DNA of 64,000 nt, taken from NCBI GenBank assembly GCA_964187785.1, contig OZ076415.1:6882001-6946000 (forward strand), read 5' to 3'. The position numbers were made by a program, and so were the translations under genes. The stretch comes from Amphiscolops sp. MND2022. Lineage: Eukaryota. A model generated the notes under the pieces. That model ran no database searches and was not told the origin of the DNA. It worked only from the letters and a program-made list of their open reading frames with translations. Shown here one piece after another: positions 24,521-36,600 of this stretch; the stretch's first letter is position 1, and each line of letters starts with the position of its first letter.

Positions 24521-24830
24521 CACTAAAACACTGCAGTGGAGTCCACTGCAGCTGATAGTGGATTCCACAGCGGCTATCGGTGGAGTCCACTGCGGCCATC
24601 GGTGGAGTCCACTGCAGCGTTCAGTGGAATCCACAGCAGTGTTTTGTGGAATCCACTGCAAGATCCGAATGTTTAAGGTATTTGATAGTGGAATCCAATG
24701 CTTTGCAGCGAAATTCGCTGCAGAAAAATCGCCAAAAGAGTGGAATCGACTGCAACGTAATAGCATTTGTTAGTGGATTACGCTGCACGCTTTCCAAAAC
24801 TGCCGTCCAGCGAAATCCACTGCAAAAATT
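24521..24830. repeat. E1 right subterminal CAGTGGA(A/G)TCCACTG palindromes
   Basis: Repeated cagtggagtccactg / gtggaatccac motifs mirroring the left subterminal region. Confidence 0.8.
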
Positions 24831-24853
24831 CAAAATACCCACTTTTGGCACTG

Positions 24854-25176
24854 TAATGACACTGGAGGCCATGATCGGACAGGAAGTAGAGCGGATACGG
24901 TCGCAAACGCCGATGCTGACCTCTTCAATCGGCTGCAGCACTGAAATACCACAGGCCGCCGACGCGACACAACCGGACGCACTCGAAACGCCGATCCGCA
25001 GCCAAAGCACTTCAAACACTGAGGCAATAGACCATGACCACGCAGGTAAAGCACGGTTAAAACAAACCTTTAGCGATGAAAGTAGCTCACTAGATTTAAA
25101 TCAGGAGCCACGTAGATCCGAAAGGATAAGATCTGCAAAAAGAGTAGTTAAATTAGGCGGTGTCGAATACTTCTAA
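24854..25176 (+). pseudogene. C-terminal tail of Gypsy A pol, resuming after E1
   Basis: MTLEAMIGQEVERIR...EPRRSERIRSAKRVVKLGGVEYF*, in frame with the sequence before 9677; PPT AGAGGAGGGAA at 25294-25304. Confidence 0.85.
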
Positions 25177-25304
25177 CCATTGTCTATTTAGGAAATACTT
25201 TTACCTTCACTATTCCGAAGAAATACCCCATGACCCCTTTTCCTCGGATCAAGAACTATGAACCATCGCAGATCTGGTTCCCTTGAACGCCGCAGAGGAG
25301 GGAA

Positions 25305-25529
25305 TGTGACTCTGGTAACGACATGTGTCAATCCAACAGATGCCAACGATCAAACCTAATCAACTAAATGGCATAAAACTACCAGTCAATGGCCTTATGT
25401 TGAAGTCATGTAACCACTATACATATTTAACTTGTCTAGATATACTACAGTCGTGTTGATCCAAGCTAACTTACAATTGAGCTACTTTATTTTAATTCAT
25501 TCTTAGAGCACCTTCCTCAGTCTACTTTA
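25305..25529 (+). repeat. 3' LTR of Gypsy A
   Basis: Preceded by the PPT and followed by TSD GATGC. Confidence 0.95.
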
Positions 25530-27761
25530 GATGCTCCGATTACTTTTTGTTTTCGAACGTCCCATGTGGACAAAGAACTAATTTAAATTCTTCTTCTTCT
25601 TCTTCTATCAAATAAATCCATGAGATATATGTAACTGATTCCCGTTTTGATTCTCGATTCAGCTGTGATTTGCCGGGTCATTTTGCATGTACACTTCTAC
25701 ACAGTTCAGACACGGTTGGGTTGTTGCGAAAATGAATGAAAATGATAAATGCATCTTTCATTATTCAATTTTTGAGGTTTTATTTTTTGCCTCATTTTAA
25801 AATATCTCTGAAGCTATAGCTGCAAAGTTTTTGTCAAACTGTTTGTCATAGAAAAACATCCTGAGGATTTTTTCAAAAGTTTGCGCTTTTTGAACGTTTT
25901 ACAGGTATTGCACCGATTTATGCCGTTCCCAGCTTGGTTTAAAGAAACTTAGCCTTGTAGGCAGCTTGCAATTTTTCCCAACAGATTTCACTAGGAAGCT
26001 AACTTGGAAAATCAATGTGAATGAAAAATTATAAGCAACTTTTTTGTTAGTTCCAAGACAGTAATTGCGGAAAGTTTAATTTGACCTGTCATGTTCACGC
26101 AATCGATTTGAGTTGCAGTTAGAGTTAAACAATACTGAAATCTGATTGGTTGTTGCTAACTGTTGTTTGACTTGACAGCATAACCTGGGAATTAATTTGG
26201 CCAGGCGGGAATTGACAAAAACATCAAAAACGTACGATGGACGATGTTACTTCTTACAACTCAATCCTGCCCCCGCGGCCTGGGTACTCCTTGTTTAGTA
26301 TCCCCTAACGTGAAAACACGAGCATTACTGAAAAAAGCTCTTGCACAAATAAAAGAATATTATGGTTACAAATACTTGAAGAACTGTCTCTACAGGTGTT
26401 TGACACTCCCAGGATAAAGTAACCTAACTTTTTGATATTATTGTCCAAAATAGCAAAATTTCACGCCTGGAACAAGTTAAAATTGTATAGAAAGTCCCCT
26501 ATCTAAGGCTCAAAAGGCACTTTGGGCTTTGTGAAACTCCAGTTGGTTGCAAAATATGAAAAAAAAATTAAAGGGGGACCTTTGGGAGGTTTTAGAAAAA
26601 TTCGGAAAAAAATTTGAAAATGAGATTTTTGAACAGTGTCACAGTGCCGAAAAATGAAAAAGAAGACACCTTGAGATTTTTTGACATTCATTGTGTTGCA
26701 AAATATCGAAACAAACAAAGGGAGACCCTTTGGTGGAATCCAAAAAATTTCAAAAGAAGTCTCATAATGCCGAAAAAATTTAAGTGAAAAACACCTAGAA
26801 AGCCAGAGTGTGTTTTCGAGGTTGTGGACGTTGGTTTTGTTTCTTTTTGTATTGGCGTGGTTCTGAAGTTTATTGTATTGAACCTCCGTAGTTCATCAAG
26901 TTTTTGAACAAATGAACAAAAAAGTGGACCGATCGGGTTGAACTGACGAAAAAAACTAGCCACTGTAAGAGTCGTGCATTTTCTTCGAAAACGCCGACTA
27001 AAAATGGGATTGTGCGAAAATTTGTTTTTAATATCAACAATCTATTGGTCTATCTGGGGTGAGTTGTTATTTGTGTCAATATAGTTTGTTTTCTGAACCA
27101 CCAGCAAAAGAGTTTTCAGAAAATTCACTTTTTCTCAATAACACTGCAACTGTTTGCTAAGTTACTGTCACACTCTAGCAACACAACACAGTTTGCCACC
27201 ATTAAAAACGCATATAGAAGACTTTTTCAATCAAGCTTCAGCTAAGAGTTCGACCGGCATTTGAAAGGCCCAGCGCTCTCACTCCAAAAAGTGGCGCCAA
27301 CTCGTATGCATTTGAAAACTTACGTAAAGGGCTTTCAGGAAAAGAAACTTGATTTGGGCTGTGGCTATTATTCGTGGAGAAATTAAGCTTTGAAAAAATT
27401 TTGCCAATTTTTGTCAATTTTTCAACTTCTCGGTGTACTGCCGAGGATAAGAAACATTGTTTGATTTGATTATAGTTAGAGAATATTTTGGGAGATCTTT
27501 TCACTTGGATCTTTTCAATTGGATTTTTTCACTTAATTGTAAGCGCAAAAACTTTAATTAAATTACACAACACCCACCCCAAATATGAACTATGAGTTTC
27601 AGGTGCAGTTACAGTTATGAAAAACTGCAATTTGATTGGCTGTTACTCTGTTACTATTAATGCAATGATAATTTTGATAATTTCACTTGACCGTTTACTT
27701 GGGGGAGGGGGAATTGAATTAACTTGGTGGGGGGATTAACAGAAAAGATTCGTTGAATCAC

Positions 27762-27908
27762 CTGGTGCTTTTCTCGAAGCCAATCTCGTTGTAATGTACC
27801 ATGCCACTCTGCATGGCGGCTTCATTGACGTGATCAAAGTTGCCGACACACACAAAGCTGTACACTGCCATTCCACAACTCATCCACACAAGAAACTTCT
27901 CCACGAAA
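27762..27908 (-). CDS. Candidate isolated 147-bp coding exon (host gene?)
   Basis: Acceptor ccctgcag and donor AG|gtgatt; open frame FVEKFLVWMSCGMAVYSFVCVGNFDHVNEAAMQSGMVHYNEIGFEKST; length is a multiple of 3. No family recognised. Confidence 0.3.
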
Positions 27909-28512
27909 CTGCAGGGATCAAAAAAACATTCGAGTCTTTTTTAAACTCACACTTTGGTGCATGCCACATATAACACGTTTTGTACAGACTTAAGACGTAA
28001 TCTAGTAGAATTTGATAACGACCTTTGATAGAAATAGTCTTCCGTGTAATGCTGGATCCCATGAAAAATAAAGCCGATGATTTGTTGATTTTCTCAAAAT
28101 CTCAATTTAACAATCAATCTTTCGAATTTGTTCTTTCGAATGGCGGGAACAAGACGAGCATTTATGCTCATTTATCGTTTTTATTGGGCATTTAAATAAC
28201 AATTAATTTTATATTATAACAATACTTGAATTAACCATTTTATTCTATTCTACTTTATTCTATTATACTCTAAAAAAAACAATCATTTTATAATAATTTG
28301 AAGTTAAAAAAATTGATTACTTTCTAGAAAGAACAAATTTCAAAGATCGAAGGTTTAATTGAGAAAATACTGAACATCAACAAATCATCAGCTTTATACT
28401 TGTTGGAATTCAGTAATGCAGCAAAGAAAAGTTCTTTTGTTGATAATTATTTGATCATCATAATCAGAGTTGGAACCGGGCCCGAATTTTCAGGCCCGAG
28501 TCCGGTCCGGCC

Positions 28513-31500
28513 TGGCGCAGTGAATTGTTTTGTAACATCTAAAATCTGTAAAACGACTTAAATTCTGAAACTTTTTTTACTACACCTATTGTGGAGCGAA
28601 GTCTAGAGGTCAGACTGAACATTACATAACCCACTAAAGTACCTGTTAAAGTAATGCTAGCTGAATGAACTCAGTGTATTAGAATAACATCTGATACGAA
28701 CGAATACAGCATTACTCTTATCTTTTACGATTATCGAGAATACAACATGGCGCAGTCAGAAAGACTTCAAATAGTTCAAATAGTTCAAAAATTGTCACAA
28801 ACGAGGAGACGGAACCAAATTCCTCTAGAACTGGAAGTGAAAATCAAAGACATATTCATTTGGGCGCTAAGCGAAGCGGCAGTAACCGAAATGACAAAAA
28901 CAGTGAGAGACAACGACCCCAACAAAATGAATAGCAATCAACTGTACACCCTATTCAGACTCCATTTCATACCCCAAAAGAAATAAATTCCATAGCAGAG
29001 CCGACTTCTTCGGCATCACTAGGGAATCGAACGAAACAGCGGAAGATGTCTGGACAAGTATATTACAAACGGAGAAGAACTGTGAATTCGACAGAGAAAC
29101 TCCGGCAGAAATAATTGCATCGAAGTTCTCATCCCGCATTGGAAGATCAACGAGCGATTATGAACTGAAGAAAAAGATCCGGAAGACCGATATGACAATT
29201 GAAACAATAACGGACTTAATACATGAATACAAGTAAGACCGGCTAAATGACTCCAACAATTCAAATGACGGAAGATATATCAAACACGTACAAGAACGGC
29301 CACAGAAAAAAATGGTCAGAAAAACCCGGTTACGAAAGAAATGAAAGAAGACCGGACTACCACAAAGAAGATACAAAGACAGCCGTTGCGTACAATGCGG
29401 AGCACCGAACTAGACTAGACAACACTTATGTCCCGCAAAATCTGTGGAGCGCAGAAACTGCAAGAAGCGAGGACACTACGAAAAGATGTGCCGCATCCTC
29501 AAAAGAATACAACATGTGGAGAAAACAACATCATCAACAGAAGAAGATAACTAGGATTATGCCAAAATTCAAGAGATAAACAACAACAAAAAGAAAGGCG
29601 ACTACATCTACGTAACCTTATTGGTAACAATGCACCAATAAAATTCATCATCGACAGTGGCTCACCGGTGACACTAATACCTCAAAGCTTGTTTAACGAA
29701 ACAACCAAAGTGGAGAAAATGAATACCGATTACAAAGATGTCAATGATAACAAGATCGAATTTGTCTGACAAACCAACGCAACGGTTAGAACAAACAAAA
29801 CGTCATTACAACTGCCGCTGTTGATTACAAAAGCAAACATAACGATGTTAATGGGATTAGATTGCGTGAAACGGCTGAAAATAACAATCAACTCAAACAC
29901 CGAAGCTATCAAAATACACAACATAAAAATGGACGAAAACGAAAAGCGAATCCTAAAGCTAAAAAACGAACTCTAAGACCTGTTTTACAGCAACACGGAA
30001 ATAAAAGAGACGGTAGTCAAAATTAACCTAAACGAAAATGCGAATATAATACAACAGAAAGGAAGACCAATACCAATTCATTTGCAAGATCAAGTCGCCG
30101 AAGAAATGAAAAGATTGATAAAGAACGGATACCTAGATTGACGTAACCCTATTGGTAACAATGCACCAATAAAATTCATCATCGACAGTGGCTCACCGGT
30201 GACACTAATACCTCAAAGCTTGTTTAACGAAATAACCAAAGTGGAGAAAATGAATACCGATTACAAAGATGTCAGTGATAACACGATAGAATTTGTCTGA
30301 CAAACCAACGCAATGGTGAGAACAAACAAAACGTCATTACAACTGCCGCTATTGATTACAAAAACAAACATAACGATGTTAATGGGATTAGATTGCGTGA
30401 AACGGCTGAAAATAACAATTAACTCAAACACCGAAGCTATCAAAATACACAACATAAAAATGGACGAAAACGAAAAGCGAATCCTAAAGCTAAAAAACGA
30501 TCTCAAAGACCTGTTTTACAGCAACACGGAAATGAAAGAGACGGTAGTCAAAATTAACCTAAACGAAAATGCGAACATGATACAACAGAAAGGAAAACCA
30601 ATACCACTTCATTTGCAAGATCAAGTCGCCGAAGAAATGAAAAGATTGATAAAGAACGGATACCTAGATTGAGCAACGAAAATTACCAAAGATTATTTCG
30701 TAAGTCCAGCGGTATAAACGGCCAGGAAGGATAAATCTATAAAAATGGCACTGGACTTAAGAAAATTAAACGAGGCGACAATTAATCCAAAGGCGCAAAT
30801 GCCGAATATGGAAGAGTTGATATCAAGAATATCGCGGGAAATATCAGAAGAAAACGGAAGGTGAGATAATGATAACAAAATTTGACTTCGATTACGCCTA
30901 TGGACAATTAAAATTAGACGACCCAACAAGAAACTTGTGTATATTTACGGTCACAGGCGGGGAATTCACCGGATACTACCGTTTCCGGAAAGGATTTTAC
31001 GGACTGGCAGACATTTCAACAATCTTTCAGGAATGGATAGACAAAACACTCGACTTCAAACATCCCGCTTGGTTGGACGACATAATAATTGTAACCAAAG
31101 GAAGCGTAGAAAAACACGAAACGGAGGTAAAAGCAACGATGAAAAAACTGGAAGAAGCAGTGTACAGACTGAACCCGAATAAATGTGAGTTATTCAAAAA
31201 AGAAGCAGAATGGATCGGACACAAGATAGGTCAGAACGGAGTACGACCTCTACAAGACAAATTAGAAGCGATCACAAAAATAGAAATACCAAAAAACGAA
31301 AAAGATCTGAAATACTTCCTGGGAGCAGAACAATATTTGTCAAAGTATATCGAAAACTTGTCGGCACAAACAGATATACTAAGAAAGTGCAAAAAAACAA
31401 AATCAGTGGATATGGACTGACGAACACACAAAAGCTCTCAACAACCTAAAGAATATAATAACACAACTGCCATGTGTAGCACAGTATAACTCAAAAAGTG

Positions 31501-32088
31501 AAAGTTTTGCAAGCAAATTTCTATCGGATACAGAAAAGAAATACGCCATAGATGAACTGGTGCTCCTTGCAGTAGTCTGACGATCGGAGCTTTTTCGATT
31601 ACACAATTCATTTATGGTAAACAGACTGAATTGCTGACTGATCACCAAGCGCTAGAACCAATAATTAAATGAAATCGATCAAACAAATCATGTACCGCGA
31701 GACTAACAAGGTGGTTGGATAGATTAGCACATTTTGGTCTTCAAATAAAGCACGTTGCAGGCAAGCACCTGAACTTAACCACTTACTTGAGTAGAAATCC
31801 AATATCCAAGTCGGAACCAAATGAAAATTACGACGACTAATACGTAATCAATTGATCAAAAGAAACACGGAAACTGACAACCCGATGGAAAGAGATAACG
31901 AAACCCGGAGATTACCAGTACACTCAAGGACAATGGAAGAGATACAATCCCCCGAGAACGCAAAAAGCAGAACAGAAGAAAATCGATGTCGAACTATGGC
32001 AAAGAAACAAAATTCCTCTAGCAGAGAATGGAGGGAATAGTAAACAGAGACACACCTGAAGAAATAGAACGGAAGACAAATAACTACG
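28513..32088 (+). mobile_element. Ty3/Gypsy element B, heavily decayed, related to A, truncated at E2
   Basis: PBS-like TGGCGCAGT at 28513; gag with CVQCG..HLC..CRNCKKRGH; IDSGSPVT; DFDYAYGQ; WLDDIII; RNase H remnants. Many stops. No LTR found. Confidence 0.88.
29611..30672 (+). repeat. 531-bp tandem duplication of the protease region of Gypsy B
   Basis: 29611-30141 and 30142-30672 are near-identical, both ending aagaacggatacctagattga. Confidence 0.92.
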
Positions 32089-32794
32089 CAGTGTTAATAG
32101 CAGTGCCAAGTTACACCTTTAGTATTAAGATATTAAGAGGGTTATTTGGTATGTGTAGATTGCTTCCAAAGGGGCTATTTGTCCGTAAGAATAACCCGTA
32201 AAACAGTTTTCCGCGGGACATTTAAACCCCTGCAGTGGGAAACTAGTTCCAACAGTGCTAATGATATTGTTGATGCCATACAACTCCACTTTATAACCTC
32301 GTAACTAATGTTGGATAGGTACCTGCACTGCGTTTTCAGTTTTAGCACTTTTCCAGATATGAGTAAAATTTGTTCAAAGTTGACCGAAGTTACGTTTTAT
32401 TGCCTGGTTTTGGATAAATACCGCTTTCGAAGAAGAGAATTTCAAGAAGAAAAACTTTTTTTATGATATAACCGATTCCGAACGGAAAAGAGTTTTCCTT
32501 CAATCGTGCCTTGGAAGGAGGCATGGGGAAAAAGAGATCTTTTCAATTAATTACCCCACACCGGTATTAAAACCCCTTCAGTTGGGCGGTCGAATGAAAT
32601 TTTCATAAAAGTGTTAGTAACCGCCAATGAAACTGCATTTTTTTAAGAGAAAAAACCTTCGATTTGAAAAATCTAGAAAGCTTTACAGACTTGGGAAAAA
32701 ACTGAAAACATTCCTGTTTCTGAAGTTTGTTTTTCGTCGGAAAAAGATATATGAGACGTTTTTCATTGTGAAATTTTTAGCCCACAAAAGTCAG

Positions 32795-32985
32795 CTATTT
32801 TTGATGTTAGTAACGCAAACACCTATTTTAGACGTTAGCCACAAGCACAAATAACAACCATTCTTGACGTTAGTCACGATAACAGCTATTTTTGACGTTA
32901 GTTAACACAAACACCTATGTCTGATGTTAGTTAACACAAACACCTATTTTTGACATTGAAGACGTTTTTTTAAGTTAGTCACGCG
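32795..32985 (+). repeat. E2 left subterminal repeats TTTTGAYGTTAGTYAC
   Basis: About 6 degenerate copies at 30-40-bp spacing. Confidence 0.75.
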
Positions 32986-33369
32986 CACACTCAGACTAAC
33001 GGATACTAGTTAACTAACTTTTTTGAATTTTGTTTTGGCAACTATCAGATACATTGACAAGAGGATGCGATTCCTAGGTACTTCCTAGGTACTGCATTCA
33101 TGTGTGTGGATAATTTAGCTGAAAAAAATTCAAAAAATTCAAAATATCAAAATTGTTTGTGTTCTTTTTTAAAAAACATCAAATTTTCAACTAATCAACC
33201 CCCGAAATTACCCATCGAGAAAAGAATTTTATCAGTTATCTTCTCTCATGACATACCACGAAATCCACCCCAAGATTTTAAATCCCCCGCTAGTTCATAG
33301 AAAAATATCCTTGAATTAAATAATGGTAGCAACCTATTACTTTCGATTGTTTTTCAATGTACTATCTAC

Positions 33370-36300
33370 TATATATTATCTACTCTTTTTAGCAATCAGG
33401 AAAACCCAAACAATCCCAGGTCTGATAGGAATGACAGCACTGTGTCCTCCCAAAATGAAAGTAGATTTTTCCGTGTTGGGAAACAATGGGAGGAAAAAGA
33501 CTGAACGGGTAATGCTGGTCCCCGTGTCCGCTATCAACCATGCATGCCAACCAAATGCCGAATTTATAAATCATGGCGAATTGTCAACAACCGCCTTGGA
33601 AGTTAAGACAACTCGACCCCTCAAAAAGGGGGAAGAAATAACGTTGTCCTATGGCGAAGACTTTTTCGGTGCTGGCAACAAGGATTGTGGTTGCAATGAT
33701 TGCAAGGAAGAACAACTCGAATCAGAACCTACCATACAGATTCGAGAGCCAGAGAACGAACTACCAACCTCGGAAATTCAAGAGACACAGAAGGAACCAG
33801 CAACCTCGGAAATTCAAGAGACACAGAAGGAACCAGCAACCTCGCCAATTCAAGAGACATAGATCGAACCAGCAACCTCGCAACTTCAAGAGCCAGAGAA
33901 CGAAGCAGCAACCTTGCAAACTCAAGAGCCAGAGAACGAAGCAGCAAGTTTGCAAAGTCAAGAGACAGAGAACGAAGCAGCAACCTTGCAAACTGAAGAG
34001 CCAGAGAACGATGCAGCAACCTTGCAAAGTCAAGAGCCAGAGAACGAAGCAGCAACCTTGCAAACTCAAGAGCCAGAGAAAGAATCGAATGTTGAGCTAG
34101 AAGAGCCAGTTTATACGAAGGTGCTACCAGTGAACCGTGATTTAATGGATTTTCTGGATTCACAGGACCTCGCTGATTTTTCGGACGTTAATTTCGCGGA
34201 AATGTCAGCGATTGCTTACTACACCCCAATGCAACCTTTTCAGTTTCAGCAACTCCCTTATATGCATCTTTGCCCCTCTTACATGGAAAACATGAATTAC
34301 ACGCCACAATATCCACAACATATCACTTACATGCCACCGTTTCATCCCCCGATGCCACCTCAACCATTAATACAACAACATCCTCAACCCACCAATTCAA
34401 CTCCGCGTTCTGCTCCGAAAATGCTGGAAGATCCTAATCCTGGCCAAAAGTCTACCAATTGCAGAGTATTCATTGATCAAACTAGATGAGCATATAGAAT
34501 GCCTAATTTGCCATAAAGTTGTCAAACGAATGGACAAGCACCTCGAAAGTCATTACCTAGAGAAAAGAAAATTAAGTATAACATGGATTTGTTTCGGACG
34601 AAAGAATCTGGCAGAAAAACAGTATGGAACTGTGAAGTATGCTCCGAAGATTCGCAAGTAAAAAACCTCATAGAACAACATGTATTGCTACATTACAAGA
34701 AATTGAAAATCCCTCCAGTAGAAAATCTCTCCCCCAGAGCATCCGCGACAAATGCAAAACGAAAATTCTCGCTCGGGAAGAGGACGTTCAAGTGGTGGAA
34801 CGACTCATGAAGCAGCAACAGGTTCTGGCGGATATGTCAGAAAAAGGGCCCCGAACAGTCAGTTGCTGCCAAAATTCAAATTTGCACTCTGTTATTCAAC
34901 GAAACAAAGAAACTGACAGATGCCAAAGCCCTTGTGGAGTCAGCCCGCAGAATTCAGATGAGAAAGTCATTGAAGCCCCAATCCATGCTGATTTATCTAG
35001 CAACATTCAGACATTTCGTGGAATATTGCTTCATGTATGAGGATGGAGTGTGCTCCCAAAACAATAACCACCACATGATGATGAATGCTGCAATGCGGCA
35101 GGTACATTTTCTTGAAATTTCAAAAGTTCAGCTCTATACAATCCATACTCATTAGAAAAAAAATAAATTATAGAAATCTTTTAGTGAGAAGGTCAGGCGA
35201 TGAAAGAATTGAACCAACTATTTTTTGATGTTTGTCAGGCATAGGAGTAATGTTGTCGAATGAAGGAATTGAATCAACTAATTTTTGAAGTTTGACACGC
35301 AAAATAGAACCGATTTTGAAAGATTTTTTGATCCAACGCGCAAGAGATGTTATCGAGCGTTGTAAAAACACTAACTAATAACTGACGTTCGTCCCGGTGA
35401 AGAGATGTTCTTGAATGATGAAAATAAAAATCTAGGAAAAAAACAAGTTGGGCAGAAAAATGTTTTGTTTCTGACTAAGAAAGCATTCAGAAGCGCTGCT
35501 GCTCGGGACTACAAGAAAGTAGTAAAACAGCTGAGAGCTTTGGTCCCTAGCACGGAATTGATCAGCGAAAGGATGCGAGGGACACTTGAAATCCTGAATA
35601 AATCTTGAAAGAAAACAGTCTATCGTACAAAATACAACAGGCCCTGAACTTCTTCCTCTTACAAGGCAGACTCAGACTCAACGTAAGAGCCGGACCAATC
35701 CTCACCCTAACTTGAGAGGATTTCAAATGGATTTAGGAAAACGGTGCCCCCTTTACAAACCGATAAACATAAGACAGGGTCGTACTATACAGTATACATT
35801 CAAATTGAAAAGGACCAGCGGGAGTTCCTGAAACGCCAGGAAGAAGCTTTTGTGCGGGAGGTGGGAGATCAACCTAACTTCATCTTGGCCTCGCAAAATA
35901 ATAAAGAAGAGAGGTCCATTTGCCGGCATTTGCGCGAGGTTATTTTTCGACTTGTTTTTATCTACACAAAAGAAAAATATCATTACTGCTGAGTCTTGAA
36001 TTTCAATCCATTTTTCCAGGTCTTCTTCACTCTGTTCATGACGATCCCAGTGCTGTGCGATTCAATGCAAACTCTATCAGAAAATATTGGGAACGTCGTT
36101 GGAAAGTTATTGGAAAGGACTCTGGGGACGGCGTAATGAAAGCACATTATGCCCAAACTGCGCATTCGGCAAAAACAGATCTTTACATTGGATGAGAAGG
36201 CACAGAGTCGGAACGTGCATGCCTTCTTTCAATGTACGCAAACGGTTTGGCCTTGAGACCAGGATGCCAGGAAGAACCTGCAATGGAAGAGCCTGAAGAG

Positions 36301-36600
36301 GCATCTGACTCAGGTAATTTTCATGTTTTTTTCCTTTTGCGTGTTTCTAAAATTACAGAAATTATTCAAAAAATGCCCCTTTTCAGAAAGAATTTTTACA
36401 AAACGTCCCAAAATCAACGTCTCAAATGATTTTTTTCTCTAGATTCATCAGATTCTGATATCAGTGAGCCGGATGATCAACCGCCGCTGAAACGCCCCTG
36501 CTTGACTGCCCCGCCCCTAAGCCTAAGCCCAGAGTTAACAACCCGCGGGACTCCATAAATTCAACACTACATTCAGATCCCCGATGTGACGCATTCATGA
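33370..36600 (+). pseudogene. Suv4-20(KMT5B/C)-like SET + 12-aa acidic repeats + zinc finger + tyrosine recombinase, multi-exon, decayed
   Basis: DFSVLG..VMLVPVSAINHACQPNAEF..GEEITLSYGEDFFG..CGCNDC; CLICHKVVKRMDKHL; ALNFFLLQ..RLNVRAGP; HKTGSYY; NANSIRKYW; AHSAKT. Premature stop at 33860 and several frameshifts. Confidence 0.85.
33740..34085 (+). repeat. 36-bp coding tandem repeat (EPENEAATLQTQ-like)
   Basis: About 9 copies of caagagccagagaacgaagcagcaaccttgcaaact variants. Confidence 0.9.

Larger units (their letters stand above)
9679..24853. mobile_element. E1: 15,175-bp TIR DNA transposon with a RAG1/Transib-like transposase and chromatin-modifier cargo
   Basis: Perfect 17-bp TIRs CAGTGCCAAAAGTGGGT (9679-9695) and ACCCACTTTTGGCACTG (24837-24853), flanked by TA (9677-78, 24854-55). 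Removing it restores the Gypsy pol frame ...KRKMPPMTSPL|MTLEAMIGQEVERIR... Confidence 0.93.
4427..25529 (+). mobile_element. Ty3/Gypsy LTR retrotransposon A (native length ~5.9 kb), interrupted by the 15.2-kb DNA transposon E1
   Basis: Two 225-bp LTRs (4427-4651, 25305-25529) with 9 mismatches. 5-bp TSD GATGC at 4422-4426 and 25530-25534. PBS after the 5' LTR and PPT before the 3' LTR. Internal gag-PR-RT-RH-IN order. Confidence 0.95.

Noticed and set aside
9679-24853. ProtoRAG (RAG1-RAG2 pair)
   Set aside because: No kelch/PHD RAG2-like ORF, no 5-bp TSD, and no RING/nonamer-binding N-terminus seen.
24580-25176. 198-aa ORF as an independent gene
   Set aside because: Chimeric read-through from E1 subterminal palindromes into the Gypsy pol tail.
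33651-34163. Overlapping ORFs in several frames (e.g. 33729-34163 minus, 33761-34069 minus)
   Set aside because: Shadows of the stop-poor 36-bp coding repeat.
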